DNA of 64,000 nt from Bacillota bacterium (GTDB taxonomy: Bacteria; Bacillota_I; Bacilli_A; ML615J-28; CAG-698). Shown piece by piece: positions 38,701 to 48,396 of this stretch. The DNA lies in NCBI GenBank assembly GCA_016280895.1, contig JAEEHM010000112.1, forward strand, positions 6,713 through 70,712, read 5' to 3'. Below the pieces are notes generated by a model. It was not told the origin of the DNA. It searched no databases and saw only the letters and a list, made by a program, of their open reading frames with translations. How positions within the stretch are numbered: position 1 is the first letter of the stretch; each line of letters begins with the position of its first letter. The translations under genes were made by a program, and so were the position numbers.

Positions 38701-39898
38701 CAATGGTTGGAGTACTACTAATAATATTAACAACCCTGGCAATGCAACAAATTTAACAGTAACTAAGGGTGGTTTTACTACAATCTATACCGTAAATGAT
38801 AATGGACGTACTCAAACTCCAGCTAATACAGATGCATTTAAAGAAGCTAAGAGACAACTTGTTGAAACTTTAAACGGAAGCGCTTCAGTTTATGGACTTC
38901 ATTTTATGAATGCACAAATTTCTAAGGATTACTTGGTTACTGCTCCAAAAGTTGCTGTGTTGGGTAGAGAATTTGATAATTATGAAATGCCACAGGATAG
39001 TATTGATTTCCACGTAATTGATAGAGGTTCAATTAATTTCTTTGCTGGTAATTATTTTGACGGTAATAATACTTTCTTTTCATTACATAAGGTATTTAGA
39101 GACGGAAACAATAAAATTACTGATATTATGGAAATAATTGAAGTATATGAAAAAACAAATGCAAATCAAAACTATATTTACAAATTAAAAGATAGTAGTG
39201 GTAATTATACATTTACAAATGCAGATGGTTCATATACTGGTGCAACATCATTAGCTTCTGGATATAATAGTACTCCAATATTTAAAACATCTTGGATAAC
39301 AAATCCTGGTATTTCTAAAGGATCTCAATTGTATTATTTCGAAGTTCCTTGTAATGCTGGCGAATATTGCTTGGGTTCTGTAACTGGTAAAACTGGTGCA
39401 TATCTTGTATATCTAGATATCGCAAGTAATGGTGGCGAAGCTATTAGTAATGTAATCAGTGCTGAAGGCAATTCAGTCACAAAAGCATTTAATGTTGAAT
39501 ATCGTGATAGACCTGATGCAATAGAAGAAGGCGGACATTCAATTATTCAAATTGGTGCTGATATTCCAACTGGTGCTACAAGCTCTAACTTCTCAATTGA
39601 TGTAAGTTTTGATAGTAGCCAAACTGGTGCCAATAATGAATATGCAAATGGCTTGTATACGATAACAGTCGTTAACAAAACTGGTGCAAATGTTACACTT
39701 GATGTATTTATATGCGATAATAATGATAATGCATTTGATACATTCCCATATGCTTATCGAATAAAATACATCAACGAGTCGCATTCTACGGAAACTACTA
39801 TTCATACTTTAATAACCGATAAGGACTATTTCCAATCAATGGGTTCATTTACAATACCATCGAGTGGAGATGCAGTAGAAAGTTCTTATGTTAGTTAA
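35102..39898 (+). CDS. Giant secreted protein: SipW-type signal, GLUG-like region, about six beta-trefoil-like (x-W) lectin-type modules, and a conserved C-terminal module
   Basis: The first ~205 aa are nearly identical to ORF 32699. Residues ~417-955 and ~1106-1205 carry repeated Y-L-x...(K/Q/L)-W-x-(F/Y) subrepeats. The C-terminal LYYFEVPCNAGEYCLGS...GAYLVYLDI matches LYYFELPVNSGEYAMGV...GAYMVYLDL in the paralogue. Confidence 0.6.
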   Translation: MRKLNIIRHIFSILLLLVLGFSVTYSWFARSNNIDPQLSDATIIKQYFHTGSGTEEDPFVITRPVHYYNLVQLFQRTSGFAVDGDASKVYYFQLGYELDNTSEGLEFYNYDDDGNQINTSGNKYSKELNLEFYNGSNALLPIGTSDIPFNDVFNGSGLTVKNLHVKATETVGDVTFGTADIGIFGYVTEEASISNVYYSNFDIDLTGTDPTRTVSGHNSDVHDSDNNHTADLVYVGYIAGHVNLATTISNVYINNCKIIGGNAAKSSFGYFGCVESTGDVDVPTLGELIANLHTSGEGAGFGGSIKMKDILERLVAIASTNVSSTITTYGNIETITIDERKNTQVYNTVSTKNITYIDTSQYNRDDYRYYKHSDYDGQYYFIDSLSGDHRYEGLFGTNSLNKKSIITFTYKDNDLDAWYIKNGDTYLSASNLALASANAEDQAAKWVYEENSDGTYYLCCYLETYTNDTTVKYYLNRSGNYGLTISNSASTKWNLTNVDSGDSFTSKLYTVVNGENRYIEYDSNTNTWKLVPYLSYYIIKQGDNNYLSNNGSDIINTTTEANAMRLISSTNPLTDNSDISLYTIIDNEKKYLICDGELKIANSPTQWHYANNELSITYSKDSLLDIKYILGYDGTKWGVYAVSGKVINDGNDHYMTVQNGGVGSSDESSASLWQFSNSSGNTAIYTVVDGEIKYLSYSTSKGLYFDDDSFEWKRSGNIFYFTSGNTDYYLGYSNGWCVQKLDYLVIGSDNNYLRVTGVNQFESTTQENATHFYSSGLSESSSSGTLYCAINGAYYYLINDNGALSTSDTTQTTWTYNADGVLKSGNYYIDLIDTTWTITHLANGEGYYYLISSGNNYLSANNTTIANETSKASATKWIFSNDDGNNSSGTIRNAATTNSYLYGSASWWGNGTFECGTTQSSWTNNNRVLSVDGGGGWFSSTGYIRFNNNAWSLNTNNGTTLTFERRTINVNISEMVGDIPNVYETDVTRSYSVDVLNKNVNSDETFTKTSQQEFEKSVKANVNGGYDTYFPIKIADSDEGSWYDASDPYKVSMKNTGYIIGGARLYDTEPNTSAFQTGFGDIRISYFPISNISSSYDDSALTSSKISYNNNYLILNDAKNAVANTTDEENAIFWDFTSTATNTYRISTVIDSVTYYLRYNNGLTITTDQGDSTSWTYVSSNNRFYSRTGNNNRGYYIQYSNGWSTTNNINNPGNATNLTVTKGGFTTIYTVNDNGRTQTPANTDAFKEAKRQLVETLNGSASVYGLHFMNAQISKDYLVTAPKVAVLGREFDNYEMPQDSIDFHVIDRGSINFFAGNYFDGNNTFFSLHKVFRDGNNKITDIMEIIEVYEKTNANQNYIYKLKDSSGNYTFTNADGSYTGATSLASGYNSTPIFKTSWITNPGISKGSQLYYFEVPCNAGEYCLGSVTGKTGAYLVYLDIASNGGEAISNVISAEGNSVTKAFNVEYRDRPDAIEEGGHSIIQIGADIPTGATSSNFSIDVSFDSSQTGANNEYANGLYTITVVNKTGANVTLDVFICDNNDNAFDTFPYAYRIKYINESHSTETTIHTLITDKDYFQSMGSFTIPSSGDAVESSYVS

Positions 39899-39905
39899 CA
39901 TTCTA

Positions 39906-39937
39906 AGAGATAAAACAATTGTTTTATCTCTTTTTTT
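39906..39937 (+). terminator. rho-independent terminator ending the riboswitch-controlled operon
   Basis: 11 bp stem AGAGATAAAAC / GTTTTATCTCT followed by T7. Confidence 0.85.
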
Positions 39938-39971
39938 ATGATAAAATATTATTAAATTGAAAGAGGTTAAT

Positions 39972-40667
39972 ATGAAATATTGTTTTGCATCCTTAGTAGT
40001 AGAAATGAATATAAGATATGAACCATTAAAATCACAATCTATTCCATATGAAATAGAAGAAGATAAAAAAGCAGATGTAATAATTCCTCTAATGGATGAT
40101 ATGATAAATAAATATCATGAATTATATCCTCAATTATCAATTGGTGATTGTGAATATGTATTATATGGTGCATTTTTCTATAAAGAATTATTAAAACATA
40201 AAGGAATATTACTACATTCATCATGTGTAGTAAAAGATAATTATGCTTATTTATTTTCGGCACCATCTGGTACTGGTAAATCAACTCATACATCTTTATG
40301 GCTAAGTGTTTTTAAAGATGCTAAAATATTGAATGATGATAAACCAGCAATTTTAATAAAAAATGATAAGATTTATGCTTGTGGTACTCCATTTTCCGGC
40401 AAAACAAACCTAAATTTAAATGAAGAATATGAAATAAAAGGAATTGCGTTTTTAGAAAGATCACAAGATAATTGGATAAAAGAAATGGATATAAATAAGT
40501 CCATCTATTCAATCCTTAACCAAACAATCAGACCGGATGATGAGGCTAATATGGATTTAGCTATTAACACAATTGAAGAAATTGTGAAAAGAATTAAAAT
40601 CTATAAATTTGGCTGTAATATAAGTAAAGATGCTGTTTATACATCATATGAAGGTATGAATAAATGA
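39972..40667 (+). CDS. HPr-kinase-C-terminal-like P-loop protein of unknown function
   Basis: GILLHSSCVVKDNYAYLFSAPSGTGKSTHTSLWL...ILNDDKPAI resembles the HprK-type P-loop arrangement. SD sequence AAGAGG upstream of the ATG at 39972. Confidence 0.4.
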   Translation: MKYCFASLVVEMNIRYEPLKSQSIPYEIEEDKKADVIIPLMDDMINKYHELYPQLSIGDCEYVLYGAFFYKELLKHKGILLHSSCVVKDNYAYLFSAPSGTGKSTHTSLWLSVFKDAKILNDDKPAILIKNDKIYACGTPFSGKTNLNLNEEYEIKGIAFLERSQDNWIKEMDINKSIYSILNQTIRPDDEANMDLAINTIEEIVKRIKIYKFGCNISKDAVYTSYEGMNK

Positions 40668-41278
40668 AAATAGATATTATTGAATCTTATTTCACATCTA
40701 ATTGTTATATAGTGCATATTGATAATAATGTTTATATCATTGATCCATCTGTGAATGTTGATGAAATAAAAGCTTATATCAATAAGGACGAAGAAGTAAA
40801 AGGAATATTATTAACTCATAGTCATATTGATCATATTTATTATTTAAATGAATGCCTTGATTATTTTAATGTGAAGGTTTATTGTTCAAAACATGCAAAA
40901 GAAATAATTGAAAATAATGAATATAATTTTGCTTATGAAATGGGAATCGATAAAAAAATTACATTAGATTCTAATAAATCAATCTATATAAAAGATAATG
41001 ATATAATAGATAATCTCTTTAAATGCATTGAAACACCAGGACATTCTATTGATTCCATTACATATGAAATGGATGATTGTTTATTCACAGGTGATACCTT
41101 ATTTGATAGAAGTGTCGGAAGAAGTGATTTATATAGTGGTGATGAAGAAGTATTGAAAGCATCAATTAAAAAATTGATGGTACTTCCTGATCATACAATA
41201 TATCCGGGACATGGTAATTCGGCACCTTTAAAGATGCAACTAATTTATAATTATTATGTTTTAGATTTAATGAAATAA
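40664..41278 (+). CDS. MBL-fold metallohydrolase
   Basis: THSHIDH motif, and later the GHS and GDTLF motifs. ATGA overlap with the upstream gene. Confidence 0.8.
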   Translation: MKIDIIESYFTSNCYIVHIDNNVYIIDPSVNVDEIKAYINKDEEVKGILLTHSHIDHIYYLNECLDYFNVKVYCSKHAKEIIENNEYNFAYEMGIDKKITLDSNKSIYIKDNDIIDNLFKCIETPGHSIDSITYEMDDCLFTGDTLFDRSVGRSDLYSGDEEVLKASIKKLMVLPDHTIYPGHGNSAPLKMQLIYNYYVLDLMK

Positions 41279-41504
41279 TTATTATATAAGAAAAGAAGAT
41301 GATTTTAAATGAATAAATTTCATTTAAAATCATTTTTTAATTATTATTAGTATTTATCAAAAATAGCAATAAAAACATAAATAAAGTGAAATTTTAGGCT
41401 TAAATTATAAAAATATTGATAATTATATTGTTATTTACTAATCAAAATATAATATTTGAAATGATAAATTAAACTTAAAAATATATAAAAAAATATTAAT
41501 AAAT

Positions 41505-41531
41505 TTAGCACTAAAGACTTGACAGTGCTAA
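41505..41531 (+). promoter_or_regulatory. CIRCE operator 1 (HrcA binding site)
   Basis: TTAGCACTA-N9-CAGTGCTAA, against the consensus TTAGCACTC-N9-GAGTGCTAA. Confidence 0.85.
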
Positions 41532-41547
41532 AAAAATGTAATATAAT
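41519..41547 (+). promoter_or_regulatory. sigmaA promoter of the hrcA operon
   Basis: TTGACA (inside CIRCE 1), 17 nt spacer, TATAAT (41542-41547). Confidence 0.8.
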
Positions 41548-41548
41548 A

Positions 41549-41575
41549 TTAGCAGTAAGAAAGAAAGAGTGCTAA
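41549..41575 (+). promoter_or_regulatory. CIRCE operator 2
   Basis: TTAGCAGTA-N9-GAGTGCTAA, ending 1 nt before the hrcA ATG and containing its SD sequence. Confidence 0.85.
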
Positions 41576-41576
41576 T

Positions 41577-42593
41577 ATGATTTCCGAAAGACAAAAGAAA
41601 ATTTTAAAAGTAATCGTAGAAGAATATGTAAAGACTGTTGAACCAGTTGGATCAAAGGCTATTGCATCACAAAAAGAATTTGATTTTTCATCTGCTACAA
41701 TCAGAAATGATATGGCAGAACTTGAAAATCAAGGATACTTACTAAAGACTCATACATCTAGTGGTAGAGTTCCTTCTGAAAAAGGATATAAGATGTATGT
41801 TAGTATGATGCTTGAAGATGAAAAGAAACACAAGAAAAAAGAAAGATTTCCAATGATAGATGAAATCTTTGAAAAAAACATGTTATCTCAAGAACAAGCA
41901 ATCAAAGAATCAATGGCTTTGGTAAGTGAACTTACTAATTATGCTGCACTTGCTTTGGGTAGTGGTTCATATAAAGCAAGAATTAGAAAGATTCAACTTG
42001 TTAGCTTGGAAGATAATCTTGCTGTTATTATTCTAGTTACTAATCAAGGTTATGTTGAAAGTAAAAAGATTATCATCCCTGATACAATTGATGCTAAAGA
42101 CATTATGAAGGTTGTATCAATGTTGAATGAAATCTTATATGATTGTCCAATTTCTGATATTGATTATGTTTTACAAGAAAAATTGGCTGATGGTAGTGTC
42201 ATTGGTGAAAGAATTGCATATTATGATCAATTAATATCTGTATTTGTGAGAGCTATTGCTGGTATGGTTGAAGATAAATATTATTTATCAGGCCAAAGCA
42301 ATATGATGAAACAACCAGAATTTAGAGATATTGATAAGCTTCATAATATTATGAAAGCAATGGAAGAAAAAGAAATACTTAAGCTGATTAATTTAGGAAA
42401 TGATAATATTACTGTGCAAATTGGTGCTGAGAACCAAATAAGTGCAATGAAGGATTGTACAGTTATCTCTGTTCCTTATGTTGACAGAGATGGTACAAGA
42501 GGTGCACTTGCTGTTATTGGACCTAAGCGAATGGAATATCAAAAAGTTATTCCATTACTTGAATACATTGCAAGTAATATGCACAAATTATAG
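41577..42593 (+). CDS. hrcA: Heat-inducible transcription repressor HrcA
   Basis: N-terminal winged helix (ERQKKILKVIVEEYVKTVEPVGSKAI...SSATIRNDMAELE). First gene of the dnaK operon. Confidence 0.95.
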   Translation: MISERQKKILKVIVEEYVKTVEPVGSKAIASQKEFDFSSATIRNDMAELENQGYLLKTHTSSGRVPSEKGYKMYVSMMLEDEKKHKKKERFPMIDEIFEKNMLSQEQAIKESMALVSELTNYAALALGSGSYKARIRKIQLVSLEDNLAVIILVTNQGYVESKKIIIPDTIDAKDIMKVVSMLNEILYDCPISDIDYVLQEKLADGSVIGERIAYYDQLISVFVRAIAGMVEDKYYLSGQSNMMKQPEFRDIDKLHNIMKAMEEKEILKLINLGNDNITVQIGAENQISAMKDCTVISVPYVDRDGTRGALAVIGPKRMEYQKVIPLLEYIASNMHKL

Positions 42594-42605
42594 GAGATGA
42601 AGAAG

Positions 42606-45094
<2,489 letters not shown>

Positions 45095-45115
45095 TCGCAT
45101 TTGAGGTAATTAAAA

Positions 45116-46234
45116 ATGGCCAAACGAGATTATTATGAAGTCTTAGGGGTCAGTAAAAATGCAAGTGATGATGAAATAAAAAAGGCTTATAGAAGCCTAG
45201 CTAAAAAATATCATCCAGATGTATGTAAAGAACCTGATGCTGAAGAAAAATTCAAAGAAGTTCAAGAAGCATATGATGTTTTAAGTGATCCACAAAAGCG
45301 TGAACAATATAATCAATTTGGTCATGATGGTCCAAATATGGGTTCAGGCTTTGGCCAAGGCTTTAGTGGCTTTGGTGGATCGGGAGGCTTCGGAGGATTT
45401 GAAGATATTTTCTCTTCATTCTTCGGCGGTGGTTCAAGCCGACAAACTAAGAATGGTCCTATTAGAGGACGTAATTTAAAAGTTAGTATTAATTTGAGTT
45501 TTGAAGAAGCAGCTTTTGGTGTAGAAAAAGAAATAAGTATTACTAAATATGATACTTGTAAAGACTGTAGCGGCACTGGTGCTATGAGTAAAAACGACAT
45601 CAATGTATGTTCAAGTTGTCATGGTACAGGTCGTGCCTATGTCGAACAAAATACCATCTTTGGTCGTGTAAGAACTGAAACTACTTGTCCAAATTGTAAT
45701 GGAACTGGTAAAACTATTAAAAATAAATGTACAACTTGTAAGGGTGAAGGCCGTATCAAACAAACTTCAAAGCTTAAGATTAAGATTCCTTCAGGTGTTG
45801 AAGATGGTCAAACATTGACAGTGTCTGGTAAGGGTGAAGCTGGTTATAATGGCGGACTTCCTGGCGATTTATACATCCAAGTAAATGTAAGAAATCACGA
45901 AATCTTTGAACGTGATGGCTTAGATTTATATATGGAAATGCCAATAACATTCTCACAAGCTGCATTAGGTGCTACAATTGAAATTCCAACTCTTACAACT
46001 ACAGGTAATTTAAAGATTCCTGCTGGTACACAAACTGGTACTAAGTTTAAAGTAACAGGTCGTGGTATCACAAATGGTAGAACTGGTCAAACAGGACATT
46101 TGTATGTAATTGTTAAAATAATTACACCTACTAAACTTACTTTAGAACAAAAGAATTTATTTGAAAAACTTTCCAAAACAAATGAAAAGAATGAATCATT
46201 CTTTGATAAAATCAAAAAATTCTTTAAATCATAA
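45116..46234 (+). CDS. dnaJ: Molecular chaperone DnaJ
   Basis: J domain with HPD, a G/F region, and four CxxCxGxG zinc-finger repeats. Confidence 0.97.
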   Translation: MAKRDYYEVLGVSKNASDDEIKKAYRSLAKKYHPDVCKEPDAEEKFKEVQEAYDVLSDPQKREQYNQFGHDGPNMGSGFGQGFSGFGGSGGFGGFEDIFSSFFGGGSSRQTKNGPIRGRNLKVSINLSFEEAAFGVEKEISITKYDTCKDCSGTGAMSKNDINVCSSCHGTGRAYVEQNTIFGRVRTETTCPNCNGTGKTIKNKCTTCKGEGRIKQTSKLKIKIPSGVEDGQTLTVSGKGEAGYNGGLPGDLYIQVNVRNHEIFERDGLDLYMEMPITFSQAALGATIEIPTLTTTGNLKIPAGTQTGTKFKVTGRGITNGRTGQTGHLYVIVKIITPTKLTLEQKNLFEKLSKTNEKNESFFDKIKKFFKS

Positions 46235-46243
46235 ATATCTATA

Positions 46244-46276
46244 AAAACAGATGTTTTATATTGACATCTGTTTTTA
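46244..46276 (+). terminator. rho-independent terminator after dnaJ
   Basis: Stem CAGATGT / ACATCTG followed by T5. Confidence 0.7.
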
Positions 46277-46351
46277 TTATTATGTCATATTTAAAAATCT
46301 TGTAAAAATCATTAAAAAATGATATAATATTTAATATAAATGGGTGAATAT

Positions 46352-47101
46352 ATGCAAAGATATTTTATTGATGAACACAATTTAATCACAAATAGTACTA
46401 TCTTAATTGATGAAGCTGATAGCCATCATATCAAAGATGTTATGAGAATGCATGTTGGTGAAAATGTCATTGCATGTATTAAAGGTACTAATAAAATCTA
46501 TTTATGTGAAATAGAAAATATTTCTAAACAAGTAAGTTTAAGAATATTAGAAGAAAAAGAAGAAAATAATGAACTTGCTATTAAAGTTAGTATCGCTCAT
46601 GGTTTAGTTAAACGAGATAAGCAAGAAGAAGTTATCAGAAGACTTGTTGAACTAGGTGCTTATAGATATATTCCAGTTGCTATGGATAGATCTGTAATTA
46701 AACTTAAAAAAGAAGAATATAAATTTAAAAATGATCGCTTAGAACGTATTATTAAAGAAGCATCTGAACAAGCAGAAAGAAATGATTTCTTAATCCTAAA
46801 TGATGTATTATCATTTAATGATTTAGTTAAATCATTTAATGAATATGATTTAGTATTATTTGCGCATGCAAGAAAGAAAGATGATTTAAGCTTAAAGAAA
46901 TATTTAAATATTGATAAATCAATTAAAAATATCTTAGTTATCATTGGTCCTGAAGGTGGATTTAGTGAAAAAGAAGAAAATATTTTATTTGAAAATGATA
47001 AGGTACATACAATTTCTTTAGGTAAAAGAGTATTGAGAACAGAAACTGCTCCACTTGCAGCAATGGCAATTCTTGCATTTATAGGTGAAAATGATGAATA
47101 G
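46352..47101 (+). CDS. rsmE: 16S rRNA (uracil1498-N3)-methyltransferase
   Basis: MQRYFIDE start, a PUA-like N-terminus, and a SPOUT C-terminus (IGPEGGFSEKE...LGKRVLRTETA). Confidence 0.9.
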   Translation: MQRYFIDEHNLITNSTILIDEADSHHIKDVMRMHVGENVIACIKGTNKIYLCEIENISKQVSLRILEEKEENNELAIKVSIAHGLVKRDKQEEVIRRLVELGAYRYIPVAMDRSVIKLKKEEYKFKNDRLERIIKEASEQAERNDFLILNDVLSFNDLVKSFNEYDLVLFAHARKKDDLSLKKYLNIDKSIKNILVIIGPEGGFSEKEENILFENDKVHTISLGKRVLRTETAPLAAMAILAFIGENDE

Positions 47102-48395
47102 AAGTATTGCGTATTATTCACTTGGATGTAAGGTTAATTTGTATGAATCTGAATCTTTAATCAATAAATTCATAGATAATGGTTTTGAATTAAAAGAATT
47201 TAATGATGTATGTGATGTTTATTTAATCAATACTTGTACTGTTACGCATACAGGGGATTCTAAATCAAGAAAAATCATCAGAGAAGCAGTTAGACGGAAT
47301 AAAGATGCTGTAATTGCGGTTATGGGCTGTTATGCAGAATTAAAACCTGAAGATATTGCTGGTATTGATGGTGTTGATATTATTGTAGGTACTTATAATC
47401 GTAATAAGATTTACGATTTAGTTATGAAATATCTTGATAATAAGCCAGCAAAAGCTGATTTAAGCTATAAAGTTGATGTATTAAAGATCAAAGATTATGA
47501 AGAGATGAAACTTGATAGATACAATGATAAAACCAGAGGCTTTGTGAAAATCCAAGATGGTTGTGATAATTATTGTAGCTATTGTACAGTACCATATTCA
47601 AGAGGGCATATAAGAAGTAGAAAAATTGAAGATTGTGTAAATGAAATTACAACACTTACAAAGGCTGGTATGAAGGAAATTGTGCTTAGTGGTATTAATA
47701 CTGGTGCTTATGGTAAAGATTTAGGTATTACACTTGCACACTTATTAAAAGAGCTTGTAAAAATTGAAGGGCTTGGAAGAATTAGAATTTCTTCAATTGA
47801 AGAAAGTGAAATCACTAAGGAATTATTAGATGTTATTAAAGAAAATAAAGAACATTTCTGTGATCATTTCCATATTCCTTTGCAAGCTGCCTGCAATAAT
47901 ACCTTAAAAAGAATGAAAAGAAAATATGACATTGAAACATACAAATCAAAGATTGATTTAATTAGGTCATATTTTAAAGATGTAAATATTACAGTTGATA
48001 TTCTAGCTGGTTTTAGCGGTGAAACTGAAGAAGATTTTAAAGATGGATATAAATTTATTGAATCAATGGATTTTGGGGAAATGCATGTTTTCCCATATTC
48101 AAGAAGAGAAAGAACTTTAGCTTATAAATTTGATAATATCATTGACCCAATTACTAAGAAGAAAAGAGTTAATGATTTACTGCATTTAAATGAAAAGAAA
48201 GCTTTAGAATATAGAAATAAATTCTTAGGTAAAATAGTAGAAGTCTTAGTAGAAAAGAATGTAAATGGAATTTGTTTTGGACATAGTTCTAATTATTTAG
48301 AGGTAGAATTTAAATCTAATAAACAAGAAAATGATCTTGTTAAGGTCGAAATAACAAAAATAGGATACCCTAAATGTATCGGAAAGGAGATATAA
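47091..48395 (+). CDS. mtaB: tRNA (t6A37) methylthiotransferase MtaB (radical SAM, YqeV-like)
   Basis: UPF0004 N-terminal domain, radical SAM motif CDNYCSYC, and a C-terminal TRAM domain. Start is ATG 47091 or 47094; the GTG at 47085 lies in the SD sequence. Confidence 0.85.
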   Translation: MMNRSIAYYSLGCKVNLYESESLINKFIDNGFELKEFNDVCDVYLINTCTVTHTGDSKSRKIIREAVRRNKDAVIAVMGCYAELKPEDIAGIDGVDIIVGTYNRNKIYDLVMKYLDNKPAKADLSYKVDVLKIKDYEEMKLDRYNDKTRGFVKIQDGCDNYCSYCTVPYSRGHIRSRKIEDCVNEITTLTKAGMKEIVLSGINTGAYGKDLGITLAHLLKELVKIEGLGRIRISSIEESEITKELLDVIKENKEHFCDHFHIPLQAACNNTLKRMKRKYDIETYKSKIDLIRSYFKDVNITVDILAGFSGETEEDFKDGYKFIESMDFGEMHVFPYSRRERTLAYKFDNIIDPITKKKRVNDLLHLNEKKALEYRNKFLGKIVEVLVEKNVNGICFGHSSNYLEVEFKSNKQENDLVKVEITKIGYPKCIGKEI

Positions 48396-48396
48396 A

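Noticed and set aside
32699-39898. Sortase-anchored (LPXTG) or S-layer/choline-binding surface proteins
   Set aside because: There is no LPXTG-like motif followed by a hydrophobic and basic tail at either C-terminus (…YTITSP and …ESSYVS), and no SLH or choline-binding repeats.
46660-47121. 153 aa minus-strand ORF inside rsmE, and similar antisense or alternative-frame ORFs elsewhere (e.g. 48828..49223, 57510..57911, 43075..43392, 45322..45603, 19104..19409)
   Set aside because: All lie within strongly supported conserved genes on the opposite strand or in another frame. Their composition is typical of shadow ORFs in AT-rich DNA.
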